NCBI RefSeq assembly: GCF_051194135.1
Contig: NZ_JBLZNH010000004.1
Location: 54,183-86,182, forward strand
Direction: 5' to 3'
DNA from: Halorubrum sp. HHNYT27
GTDB lineage: Archaea > Halobacteriota > Halobacteria > Halobacteriales > Haloferacaceae
Length of the DNA stretch: 32,000 nucleotides
In this document: piece after piece, positions 24,701-32,000 of the stretch
Layout of the letters: every line of letters starts with the position of its first letter
Position numbering within the stretch: position 1 is the stretch's first letter
Made by a program: the position numbers and the translations under genes
Notes under the pieces: model-generated
What the model was told of the DNA's origin: nothing
The model's database searches: none
Seen by the model: the letters and a program-made list of their open reading frames with translations, nothing else

Positions 24701-25388
24701 CAGCGTCAATTTGGGCGTCGACGGCTGCAGCAGAGTCCAGTCCGGCTGCGGCAGCCCCATCGAGCTGGGGAATCGCCGCTTGGAGCCACGGGCGAAGGGA
24801 GGCAGGACGGTCGACGACATCCGCTAGCTGCAGATCTTTGTGCTCGATGGTCGTGAGTGGCTCCCAGAGGTCGTGTTCGATATCGAGCCGCCAGCAGAAC
24901 TCGAGCAGCCAAGGGAGTTCAGTATGGTAGCCTCGGCGGCGCCCGAGCTCTTCATACAAGATTAATGGAAGCTTCGTATCGTCCCGATCGCGGTCAAGGA
25001 GATTCAAGAACAGCGGCTGGAGGTGGTCGATGTTGCCATCAGCGATCGCATCCCGGAACTGTTTGAACCCTGTCGTGGTGTTTGCGAGATCGTGAGCATA
25101 TGACTCCAACCCCTCCATCTCGCCCGTCGCGACGCCGATGAGCTTCAGTAGATGGGACTTCCCCGACCCGAAGGTCGCGTGGACGTACCGGAAGCGGTGA
25201 TCGACATCGGTGTTAGCAACAATTGCGGCTGTTTCTCGGAGCACACGCCTTGCGCTCGCGGTTTCGTAGAACTCGTCGATGTCGCGCTCGATCTGGTCGG
25301 TCCGGTCCACCTTCTGGATCGGTTCGAGCTCACGAGTCGGTTGGCGATCCGCCGGGAACAAATCGGAGAGTGTGTTAAATTCAGACAT
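21699..25388 (-). CDS. brxC: BrxC/PglY-family P-loop ATPase (copy 2, 1229 aa)
   Basis: Walker A is HATFGSGKSHLL (GSGKSH at nt 25152-25169) and Walker B-like is YLIGLDEIAIYVGD. Its size of about 1200 aa and its position between brxB and pglZ fit the family. Confidence 0.85.
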   Translation of the reverse strand: MSEFNTLSDLFPADRQPTRELEPIQKVDRTDQIERDIDEFYETASARRVLRETAAIVANTDVDHRFRYVHATFGSGKSHLLKLIGVATGEMEGLESYAHDLANTTTGFKQFRDAIADGNIDHLQPLFLNLLDRDRDDTKLPLILYEELGRRRGYHTELPWLLEFCWRLDIEHDLWEPLTTIEHKDLQLADVVDRPASLRPWLQAAIPQLDGAAAAGLDSAAAVDAQIDAAEEAIDPASFSPDDLVERLHRTKRHLEQDGDTYQYLIGLDEIAIYVGDQQRRYEEVIETVTALIDGLNPPILGTGQWPMRDMQQNFIGDVDEEAWYAQEIKLEGADTETIVRKRWLQKSGTGADYIESELLTDAPELAPTLTEDANPPDHNNPVEAYPFRDLDLWLLRESMQGLIEGDRDTDREYIQGRALLARVRSLFVTHGWAARQPGVVVAWDTIFDIIDADTELISSWATGLITRVENTLENETTTRTAKALFLLSQVETVPRTAENMARLLVRDVGTDVDELTEEVRTQLEAMAQRNLIRKSTDTAEPTYTILSEEDIQFWQEVQQEATELPEHQVQNNIQQFIQEADPTRLPAHEGTQTGAFGELDGISYTVRYSIDRSIPDSVTEEYDTIVIRLLVHDEATISTQRKQWQEAHSGPTGREDVLVTAELTETIRRQVRELIGMQLVLKGMADPDPDYRLQRQSMQEDVEDELRTRLNEAAVYLPQRATAYGSYLEDLDSVVTTAVNEKFPNRKNIDHTLQMEDLQELIDFFQDNGAWPLSTTDADRLGVNRVPRTISNGWAEEFLDLDRFDNDKRVSGERVLETINARGGAFLGTPTEALQTLLFVLVAANRIALRVDGDRVTDTRTIARTITSTTKFTDAIVVFDPSPPPEDLTDVYAALVGEEPETDDPHELLDGLNKWATQHTEAFNTVVSRTNLEFDTRLTLGDLDDALSPAFSGGELDADLLTNESVVEQAERFAKVAPLFLTESDEDEPLWDQVTAVSDWLTEYYPKATVTGQLSTATNGSKIPSVDILESQLHEASQFRVETLQELYQQIAGQSMTTDDIDALRAELTDRLVSRDLAADIEQVTETYPQVNLEALQEAIDDANNADEPLSEEAFANSALRNNIETLANGRTLLETPDDGDSLHTQLEAVNTELPASPDGFVAQQIAKAVSGATIPTPDRAKQLLEQGRAILAGDDEDDGGETDTQLWQQLSEYDDGTIVVIETEADK

Positions 25389-26019
25389 CGGTCATGTACC
25401 CCTCAGTCACTTTGTTGCCGATCCGATGGGCCGGGTAGTAGTGGCGCGCACGTTCGTTGAAGAAGCTCAGCCGACCGCCCACAACGGATCCCGGGAACGG
25501 GATCCCGACGGTTGTATTGACGTTTTTGCGGTCGAGTTCGTCGAGTAACTCGGATGCTCTGGTAAACGGATACAGGCTCCCGAGACCGAGGAGGACCAGC
25601 ACCGACGAGCGATCGTTGGTGACACTGCCACCAGAGATATGTTCGCTAATGAGCGTCTCAACGAGTTCTGAGGCAAGGTTTCGCTCCAAGGTATCTTCGA
25701 CAGCCGCCGTTTCAACCCGTTCTAGTGGTCCCAGATCGATACTGGTCTCGAAGGCTGTCGTCTGGGGCAAGAGTGCATCCAGACGGACACTTGTAATTCT
25801 CACCGCGGTGCCACTGGTGTCGGTAACGTCCTCCCAATCGGCGAGTCGCCCCTCAGGTGCGCTTGCCCATGCCTCAAGTCGATTCGTCACCCGGTGTTCG
25901 ATCCGTGGCTCGACGGGCACCATCACGAAGGGGTTCCGAATCCCGCGGCGCTCGCCGCGGGCGAAATCAACCAACTCGTCGGTGAATGCGACAAGCGGGT
26001 TCTTTGTTGTCTCACTCAT
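25381..26019 (-). CDS. brxB: BrxB (DUF1788-like) protein
   Basis: 212 aa. The typical C-terminal pattern is present: VLVLLGLGSLYPFTRASELLDELD...VGIPFPGSVVGGRLSFFNERARHYYPAHRI. It is translationally coupled to both flanking brxC genes. Confidence 0.8.
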   Translation of the reverse strand: MSETTKNPLVAFTDELVDFARGERRGIRNPFVMVPVEPRIEHRVTNRLEAWASAPEGRLADWEDVTDTSGTAVRITSVRLDALLPQTTAFETSIDLGPLERVETAAVEDTLERNLASELVETLISEHISGGSVTNDRSSVLVLLGLGSLYPFTRASELLDELDRKNVNTTVGIPFPGSVVGGRLSFFNERARHYYPAHRIGNKVTEGYMTDV

Positions 26020-29000
26020 CGGACGATCACCCCGCCGTCAACATCGACGAGATCAAGATCTATCCCGCTGTCTTCGAGCGACTCGATTTGGGCTCGGAGC
26101 GTCTCCGCATCCGCATGCAACAGGCCGACTCTGTTCACCTCACGCGGCGTCTTGCCATCGAGCAGTCGATCGATCGTCGCGAGCTGCTCTCGACGCTGGG
26201 CGACCGTTTCTTCTGAAAGCGCGTCCCAGTCGAGTCGCCCGTTGAGCCGCCCCAATATCGTCGTCAACACGCTTGAATCGGCGGCTCCTGGCTCGGGGTC
26301 GGTTAGACCTTCCAGTGCTGTCGTACTGTGCTCAACGGTGTTCCGGAAGGTTCGGAGGGGGTTGAGGTATGTGGTCATGAATCCGTCCTGGACCATGGTG
26401 AGCTCCGTTGGCTCGATCAGCCATGGATGGTCCTCCAACTCTGCCAGAAGCGACTCGACTGCTGTGGTGGCCTGTTGCTCGGCCCATGCCTCCTCGAGTG
26501 CGTCAATAGCTGGCTGGCGCGCATCGAGTTCGTCGACAAATTCGGGCCATCCGTCATCTGTCCACCAGTCCATCTCGGTGGCACCTTCGACTTGGTCAGT
26601 CAGGGTTTGTAGTTGGTCGCGGACATCGTCGCCGAACCATCCGACTTCGCTCAGTTCAGATCGGGTGAGGCCTTCCAGCTGGAGGAGGAAGGGAAGGCGC
26701 TCGTCCCACTGTGTCTCGGCCATCGTCAGGATGGTCGCTTCCGTCTCCGTCGCTTCGATCATCTCTCGTAAGTCCTTGGTGTCGGACGTCGTGGCTCGAT
26801 TTTGTCGTTCTGCGGTTGCGTCCGCGATGGCTTCGGCCTGCGTTGCGAGCCGCCGGACAAGCGTCTCTACCGCCGTCTCAAATGTGGTGTCCGCTTTGAC
26901 TCCAGCATTACTTGCAAGAGCGTTTGCCCGAGTCTCGACATCTCCGAGCCAGTCCGCGAAGTTGATGTACCCCTGATTTTCGCTTTCAGTTGGCTCGATG
27001 AGATCGTGCTCAACGAAGACGTCTTTTGCTCGCTTCCCTGGCGGAACTGTCGCAAGGGTGAGGTCAGTGTGCCGACGCGGGCTGAGTAAGGCGTCGAGCT
27101 CGACTGGGTCCTCATCGACTGTCGTGACTCTGAACACGCCAGCCCGGCAGAGGCCCCAGAGGACAGCGAGCAGGGCGGGCGACGGATCCTGTCCGGAATC
27201 GGTGGCAACACTGAATAGCGGCTCCTCATCGATGGCCCGGTCTAGAATGGTGGCGACGTCTACCCCCGCTTCGCTGTTCTCGATTTGGGTCCCAACCAAC
27301 CGACGGACCTCGAGTGCAATATCACTGTACGTCGCGTAATTCCCCGTTTTATCTGCAGGCACACCAATCGTCTCGGCCCAACTCGGGAGGGCATCGTCAT
27401 CGTCGTCAAGCTGGCGCAGCTCGTCTAAGTGCGAGTCTGAGATCCGGGCAAGCAACGGGTGGAAGTAGTCCGGGTATGTCTCGGTGATATACTCCGTTAA
27501 GGCGTTCGGGAACGTCGCAAACTCATCGGCTTGGACAGTATACGTCCCGTTTGACAGCGCAGATCGGAGTTTATCAGCGACGCGATTGGCGGCATCATTC
27601 CGATCACGGACGACAGATTCTGGCGGGTTCGTCCGTCGAGTTGCCTTCTCGAGGGCCCACCATTCGGTCAGTTGCGTCCGGAGCTCGTCAAGTCCCTCGG
27701 TCTCCAACATCCAGTAGAGCTTATCCCGTGCAATCCGGTCAGTATCCACGTCCGGTCGCAGCCCCCGGACAACCACATCGACGTCAAAGACGGTGTTCTC
27801 CTCTTCGGAATATCCGGTCTCCAGGTGTGTCCCGTCGATGTGGAACGAATAGCCGGCCGGGTAAGCAGTGGTCTCACCGTCGTCGGTTCCCCAGTCGTAG
27901 CTCCCTGGCAGGTCTAACTCAGCGATAATGTCGCTCCAGAGCTGCTGGTCGAGCGTCTCGATAATCTCATCCCAGTCAGGATCGGTTTCGAACTCGCGGG
28001 CGTTAGAGATGAGTCGCTGTTCCTCTCGATCGGTCAGTCGCAGGTCGGCTCCGTCCGTGCTGGTGTCGGGGCGGATGTACTTTTCGAGGTTCCCTTCCAG
28101 AGAGTTCCGCACCTGTGTTTGGACGTTAGATCGGATCTCTCCCTCGAGGTCATCCATAACCGCCGTCGCGAGGTTGGAATCACTCTGTGGAACCATCTCA
28201 GGGACGTAGGACAGCAGCAGGACCGCTTTGGCGACTTTCACGTCAAAGGCCGTCGTTTCGGGATCCGTCTTGATGTCCTCGATGACATCCGTTTTGTCCG
28301 GGATGATGTCTTCAAGCTCGTACTGGACTAGATCGTAGAAATCGACGAGGCTGATGATCGGCTTTTCGCCATCTTTCTCAGCCCATTCGGCGCGGAGGCC
28401 GGCAACAATCGACAGAACCGCTCGTGCCGTTCCGGAGAAAATTGATTTTGTCGCGTCCGACAGTTGGTTCCGCAGGTTCGAGAGGATCTCCATGAACAGC
28501 GCCGGTTGGTAGGGAAGCAGTGGATAGTACTGAATAAACTGCTCTTGGTCAAGCTCGTCAAGGCCCGGCGCCGTGTTCTGGGTCACCTCCCGATAGGTGA
28601 GCATAATCTCCGGGTCAACCGTCGCCGTGAGGGCGTGATTCTCGATCCACTGTCGCCCCTGATCGGATTTCGCGAGGAGGCGCTGCTGGACAATCTCTCC
28701 GACGTGGCGACTGGGGAGCTCGTACTGTTGTGGGAACCTGTCTTTGAGAATCCCGAAGTTGAGCTGTTTGACAGCGAGTCCGGGTTGGACATCTTCAATA
28801 TTCGACTGGGCCGTCACGACGGAGATGATGTTGCCCTGGCCAACGTCTTTGATACCCTCTGCGAGGGCGTTCAGTTCTGAGAGCCGCTGGTAGTTCCCCC
28901 CAATAAAGAGCGTCACCTCGTCCATCAGGAGCGCGATCTTCACTGGGCGATCGAACTGTTGTTCAAGCTCTTGGCGGTACGACTCGATCTTCTGGACGGC

Positions 29001-29765
29001 GAGTTCCTGTCCGATCTTCTTGTTTTGGATGTCGCCCAGATTATCGACCATCCCCGTGGCGCGCTCAGTCAGGTCCGGGAGGACGATATCCGAGAGGATC
29101 TGGTACTGGCGAACGTCATCCCAGGTATAGTTGGGGTTCGGGACCCCTTCGTCGACGAGAACCTCGTTCAGCAGTGTCTCGCGCTGGTCCCACACCTCAC
29201 GGGTATCGAACATGCCGCCCGCCCGATTGAACTCCTCTTCGAAGAAAGCGACATCGAGCCGGTCGGCGAAGCCGCGCTGGTTGTAGACCGCTTGGAGGAC
29301 GATCTCGCTGAAGCTCTGCTCGCGGACGCCCTGGTACTGGAGGAGGTTGATCGACAGCGGGACAACGACGGTGTCCTCGTGGAGGGCCTGCCAGGCCTCG
29401 CCCAGCTCCGACTCGGCGTCGTTGCTGTCGAACCGACCCCACACGGCCTCCGGTCCCGCAGCTTCTACCTGTTCGGTGTCGAGCAGGAGATCCAGCGCAG
29501 TCAAGAGGTGGCTCTTCCCGCTGCCGTAGTAGCCATAGAGCCAGTGGTTCCGTTCGTCGGCGTCAGGGGTCTCCTCGTGGAAGTGGCGGAATAGATCCTC
29601 GAGGAAGGTTCCGGTGGCCTCTGTCAGGTGATAATCATCGAGATAGCGACGATAGAGTTCTTCACGCCGCTCTGCCTGGTCGTCAATCTCGAAATCCCGG
29701 TCGATCCGGATCGATTCCTCGAACTGCGGGTCAGGGTCTTCGAATAGGTGGTCGTCGTCGATCAT
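26016..29765 (-). CDS. brxC: BrxC/PglY-family P-loop ATPase (copy 1, 1249 aa)
   Basis: Walker A is LYGYYGSGKSHLL (GSGKSH at nt 29508-29525) and Walker B-like is IALLMDEVTLFIGG. It is highly diverged from copy 2 outside the P-loop region. Confidence 0.85.
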   Translation of the reverse strand: MIDDDHLFEDPDPQFEESIRIDRDFEIDDQAERREELYRRYLDDYHLTEATGTFLEDLFRHFHEETPDADERNHWLYGYYGSGKSHLLTALDLLLDTEQVEAAGPEAVWGRFDSNDAESELGEAWQALHEDTVVVPLSINLLQYQGVREQSFSEIVLQAVYNQRGFADRLDVAFFEEEFNRAGGMFDTREVWDQRETLLNEVLVDEGVPNPNYTWDDVRQYQILSDIVLPDLTERATGMVDNLGDIQNKKIGQELAVQKIESYRQELEQQFDRPVKIALLMDEVTLFIGGNYQRLSELNALAEGIKDVGQGNIISVVTAQSNIEDVQPGLAVKQLNFGILKDRFPQQYELPSRHVGEIVQQRLLAKSDQGRQWIENHALTATVDPEIMLTYREVTQNTAPGLDELDQEQFIQYYPLLPYQPALFMEILSNLRNQLSDATKSIFSGTARAVLSIVAGLRAEWAEKDGEKPIISLVDFYDLVQYELEDIIPDKTDVIEDIKTDPETTAFDVKVAKAVLLLSYVPEMVPQSDSNLATAVMDDLEGEIRSNVQTQVRNSLEGNLEKYIRPDTSTDGADLRLTDREEQRLISNAREFETDPDWDEIIETLDQQLWSDIIAELDLPGSYDWGTDDGETTAYPAGYSFHIDGTHLETGYSEEENTVFDVDVVVRGLRPDVDTDRIARDKLYWMLETEGLDELRTQLTEWWALEKATRRTNPPESVVRDRNDAANRVADKLRSALSNGTYTVQADEFATFPNALTEYITETYPDYFHPLLARISDSHLDELRQLDDDDDALPSWAETIGVPADKTGNYATYSDIALEVRRLVGTQIENSEAGVDVATILDRAIDEEPLFSVATDSGQDPSPALLAVLWGLCRAGVFRVTTVDEDPVELDALLSPRRHTDLTLATVPPGKRAKDVFVEHDLIEPTESENQGYINFADWLGDVETRANALASNAGVKADTTFETAVETLVRRLATQAEAIADATAERQNRATTSDTKDLREMIEATETEATILTMAETQWDERLPFLLQLEGLTRSELSEVGWFGDDVRDQLQTLTDQVEGATEMDWWTDDGWPEFVDELDARQPAIDALEEAWAEQQATTAVESLLAELEDHPWLIEPTELTMVQDGFMTTYLNPLRTFRNTVEHSTTALEGLTDPEPGAADSSVLTTILGRLNGRLDWDALSEETVAQRREQLATIDRLLDGKTPREVNRVGLLHADAETLRAQIESLEDSGIDLDLVDVDGGVIVR

Positions 29766-30598
29766 CCTGTCTCTCCAAGTTTAGCGTAGAAATCGTCGAC
29801 TGGTTCGTACCACAGTCGCCCGTGGGACTCATGCGTGGACCAGCGGGTGGATTCCGCGAGCCGGTTGCTCTGCGGGCTCCAGAACGATTCGGGCTGGAAG
29901 AGGTACCGCCATCCGAGTGGGTTCATGAGCCACTCGTCGTCCAGCTGTTGCCAGGACCAGTATGCAGCCACTTCCAAGGGAACGTCACCGATGTTCGGGA
30001 CATCGCCGTCGGTTCCCTGTTTGGATTGAATCACGCCGATCGATCGAAGGACACCGCGGAAGTTCGTCCCCCAGCGGTCCTTGGTCGACTCTGAGAAGTC
30101 TAACGGGGAGCCGTCAGTATGCTGGAACTCATCGAGGAACTCGATAATCTGCTCGTTCGAGAAATCGAGGGCGCTGACACTCCGGCGTTGGAGTTGCTGA
30201 AGATACTCATGCAGGACGTACTGTACAACCGTGTCCTCGGCGACAAGGTAGCAGTACAGCACCTGCAGTTGGTCCCGCTCTTTGCGGCACGTATCGAGGA
30301 TATCCGGAAGATACTGGAGTGGCGGGAGCCCGCCGCCGGCCTCCTGTAGTCGGGGCTTGATCGCGTTGAACGAGCGACGAGAGCCCTCAACGGTGAGGCG
30401 CTCTGCCTCTCGTCGTTCGAGCCACTGCTCGCTTGCCGTCGTCCAGTCCCCACATTCGTTGTATAGGTCTATGATGGCACGGGTCTGTTCGAGGTCGAGG
30501 CTGGCAGCGACGAGCCCGATATGTGTCTCGTCCTGGCTGAATTGGCCATTCAGGGATCGAATTTCGTGATCGTCCCTCGCCGGCCGGCCGTTTGCCAT
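29762..30598 (-). CDS. brxA: BrxA (DUF1819-like) protein, longer than usual
   Basis: It is the first gene of the coupled operon, with a 4-nt overlap to brxC. The helical protein carries a pattern like ...LDLEQTRAIIDLY......RSFNAIKPRL. The assignment rests mainly on position and size. Confidence 0.6.
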   Translation of the reverse strand: MANGRPARDDHEIRSLNGQFSQDETHIGLVAASLDLEQTRAIIDLYNECGDWTTASEQWLERREAERLTVEGSRRSFNAIKPRLQEAGGGLPPLQYLPDILDTCRKERDQLQVLYCYLVAEDTVVQYVLHEYLQQLQRRSVSALDFSNEQIIEFLDEFQHTDGSPLDFSESTKDRWGTNFRGVLRSIGVIQSKQGTDGDVPNIGDVPLEVAAYWSWQQLDDEWLMNPLGWRYLFQPESFWSPQSNRLAESTRWSTHESHGRLWYEPVDDFYAKLGETG

Positions 30599-30722
30599 GG
30601 GCAGAGAGGAGGGAGGTCCCCACTTAGATGTTCTTGTCCTAACTCATTTTAGAAATCAGAAACTACCCGCCCTCCTGCCATGCGAAGGTTCATGTAGCCT
30701 GCGTTGAGGGTTGTATACAATT

Positions 30723-32000
30723 GTGTCTGGGTCCGATTCAACTCAGCGGAAAGCCCAACTCGACAAGGCCGAGCGCGAGCACCTCGAAGATGTCGTTACT
30801 GATCTTCGGGAGCTCGTTGAGCGTGAGATCGAGTACGAGCTCGAACATCAGTATGAGTTAACATCGAGGGAGGGTGGTGAGGGACTCTCTACAGAGGAGG
30901 AGGCAATTCGGAAGAAGTTGGTCGAGGCGATCGAGTACGAAAATCCGGGCGAGAAGTCCTGGCAGTGGGCGTACGACCAGTACGTGACCGGCGTCGGCTA
31001 CACGCTCGTGAATCGGCTCGCGGCGCTGCGATGTATGGAGGTCCGTGGCTTTCTCGACCAACCGGTGACACAGATCGGTGACTCTGGGCTGACGCCGGCT
31101 GCGGAGCAAGTTCTTGGCGAGCGGTTCGATGTCGGGCCCGACGAAGCGCTCATCGTCGCCTTCCAAGAGGCGTGTGAGCAGCTCGACGACGAAATTGAGA
31201 TCCTTTTCGATACCAACTCGCCGTACACGGTGTTGGATATCGAGCCGGATCTCTTCGAAGATGCGGTGGCGGAATTAGACGAGATTCCAGAGGCAGTGTG
31301 GCGCGCCGACGACGTCCTCGGGTGGGTGTACGAGTACTACAACCGCCCGGTCGTCGAGGCGCTCGATGCCAAAAACTCGCTCGAACCCGAGGACGTAGGG
31401 CCGGCGAATCAGTTCTACACGCCACACTGGGTCGTGCGTATGCTCGCGGACAACTCGCTGGGGAAGCTCTATCTTGAAGCGACCGATCGAGAAGACTCCA
31501 TCCCCGATCCCGAGGCGCTCTCTCCCGACGAGCGGAAGAACCGCCTCGTCACGCCGGAAGACTCTCCCAACATCCCGGAACTCTGTACCTACCTCATTCC
31601 CGATGAGGAGCCCGGTGACGCGCCGGAGTTCGACCACCCGCGCGAGCTGCGCGTCATCGATCCGGCCTGTGGCAGCGGCCACTTCCTTCTCTACGCGTTC
31701 GACATTTTAGAGCGCATCTGGTGGGCGGAGACGGAACTCGACCGCGCGGAGATTCCCGCGAAGGTCCTCGAACACAACCTCTACGGCGTCGACATCGACC
31801 TGCGCTCCTGTCAGCTCTCGGCATTCAATCTCTATTTAAAAGCCCGAACGCGGGCCGAAGCGGAAGACGGCGCGTTCGAGATGCCCAACGTCGGGATCGT
31901 CTGTGCGGACGCATCGATCGCGGAGGTGGAGGAGGCGACCGACGTGCTCGACGAGATCACCGGCGAGGGGAGCGATCTGCGGGAAGCGCTGGACGACGTG
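30723..32000 (+). CDS. pglX: PglX (BrxX) BREX adenine methyltransferase, N-terminal part (3' end outside window); start codon uncertain (GTG 30723 or TTG 30711)
   Basis: The frame is open from the TGA at 30705-30707 to the window end and is absent from the ORF track. It contains GPANQFYTPHWVVRMLADNSLGKLY and SAM motif I LRVIDPACGSGHFLLYAFD (DPACGSG at nt 31659-31679). The first in-frame ATG comes only about 100 codons in. Confidence 0.85.
   Translation, partial: MSGSDSTQRKAQLDKAEREHLEDVVTDLRELVEREIEYELEHQYELTSREGGEGLSTEEEAIRKKLVEAIEYENPGEKSWQWAYDQYVTGVGYTLVNRLAALRCMEVRGFLDQPVTQIGDSGLTPAAEQVLGERFDVGPDEALIVAFQEACEQLDDEIEILFDTNSPYTVLDIEPDLFEDAVAELDEIPEAVWRADDVLGWVYEYYNRPVVEALDAKNSLEPEDVGPANQFYTPHWVVRMLADNSLGKLYLEATDREDSIPDPEALSPDERKNRLVTPEDSPNIPELCTYLIPDEEPGDAPEFDHPRELRVIDPACGSGHFLLYAFDILERIWWAETELDRAEIPAKVLEHNLYGVDIDLRSCQLSAFNLYLKARTRAEAEDGAFEMPNVGIVCADASIAEVEEATDVLDEITGEGSDLREALDDV

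Larger units (their letters stand above)
3192..32000. mobile_element. integrase-bounded genomic/defence island (right end not in window)
   Basis: Gene content switches from core to accessory at the integrase at 3314. GC drops by eye from about 7.3 kb. An IS (TnpB) remnant lies inside. The gene content is almost entirely restriction, modification and BREX. Confidence 0.55.

Noticed and set aside
25457-26976. Plus-strand ORFs of 262 and 360 aa across brxB/brxC1, and similar ones (22720-23208, 23682-24293, 28959-29594) inside the brxC genes
   Set aside because: All are antisense to genes with clear P-loop or BrxB motifs. They are S/R/V-rich and carry no recognisable domains.
30607-30676. 7-bp inverted repeat AGGAGGG / CCCTCCT in the brxA-pglX intergenic region
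   Set aside because: It is short and GC-rich with a 56-nt spacer, so it is compatible with chance. The TTGTATACAA palindrome is the more convincing element there.
1-32000. Scan for CRISPR arrays, rRNA, tRNA and replication-origin (ORB) repeats
   Set aside because: I saw no regularly spaced 25-40 nt repeats, no conserved rRNA or tRNA T-loop/acceptor patterns, and no ORB-like GTTCCAGTGGAAAC motifs on either strand. This is visual inspection only, so short or degenerate elements could have been missed.

Overview
The window looks haloarchaeal: GC-rich DNA, very acidic predicted proteins, and TATA boxes about 27 nt upstream of start codons, which implies leaderless mRNAs. Positions 1-3191 carry ordinary core genes: thymidine kinase, a SAM methyltransferase, a CinA-C/PncC-like protein, a universal stress protein and small membrane proteins. 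A tyrosine integrase at 3314 opens an accessory island that runs past the right edge of the window.

The island has two parts. (a) 4.5-7.3 kb is an integrase-proximal module of tightly overlapping micro-genes, including a PadR-type regulator and a zinc-ribbon protein. (b) From about 7.3 kb the GC content drops by eye, and a dense defence island follows.

The defence island contains, in order:
- an uncharacterised two-gene nuclease cassette, a PD-(D/E)xK protein plus a tandem GIY-YIG protein (7772-9267);
- an SRA-HNH type IV endonuclease;
- a McrBC system whose McrB carries two EVE/PUA-like reader modules;
- a decayed TnpB (IS1341/IS605-type) fragment with a structured downstream element;
- an M.PvuII-like N4-cytosine methyltransferase with a large acidic insertion;
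- a BREX type 5-like locus, brxA-brxC-brxB-brxC-pglZ with a brxHII helicase, and pglX placed divergently.

The best candidate for something undescribed is the PD-(D/E)xK + double GIY-YIG cassette. The BREX gene order and the extra m4C methyltransferase are also unusual. I found no rRNA, tRNA or CRISPR array. All domain calls come from motifs read by eye and from remembered family signatures, not from database searches.
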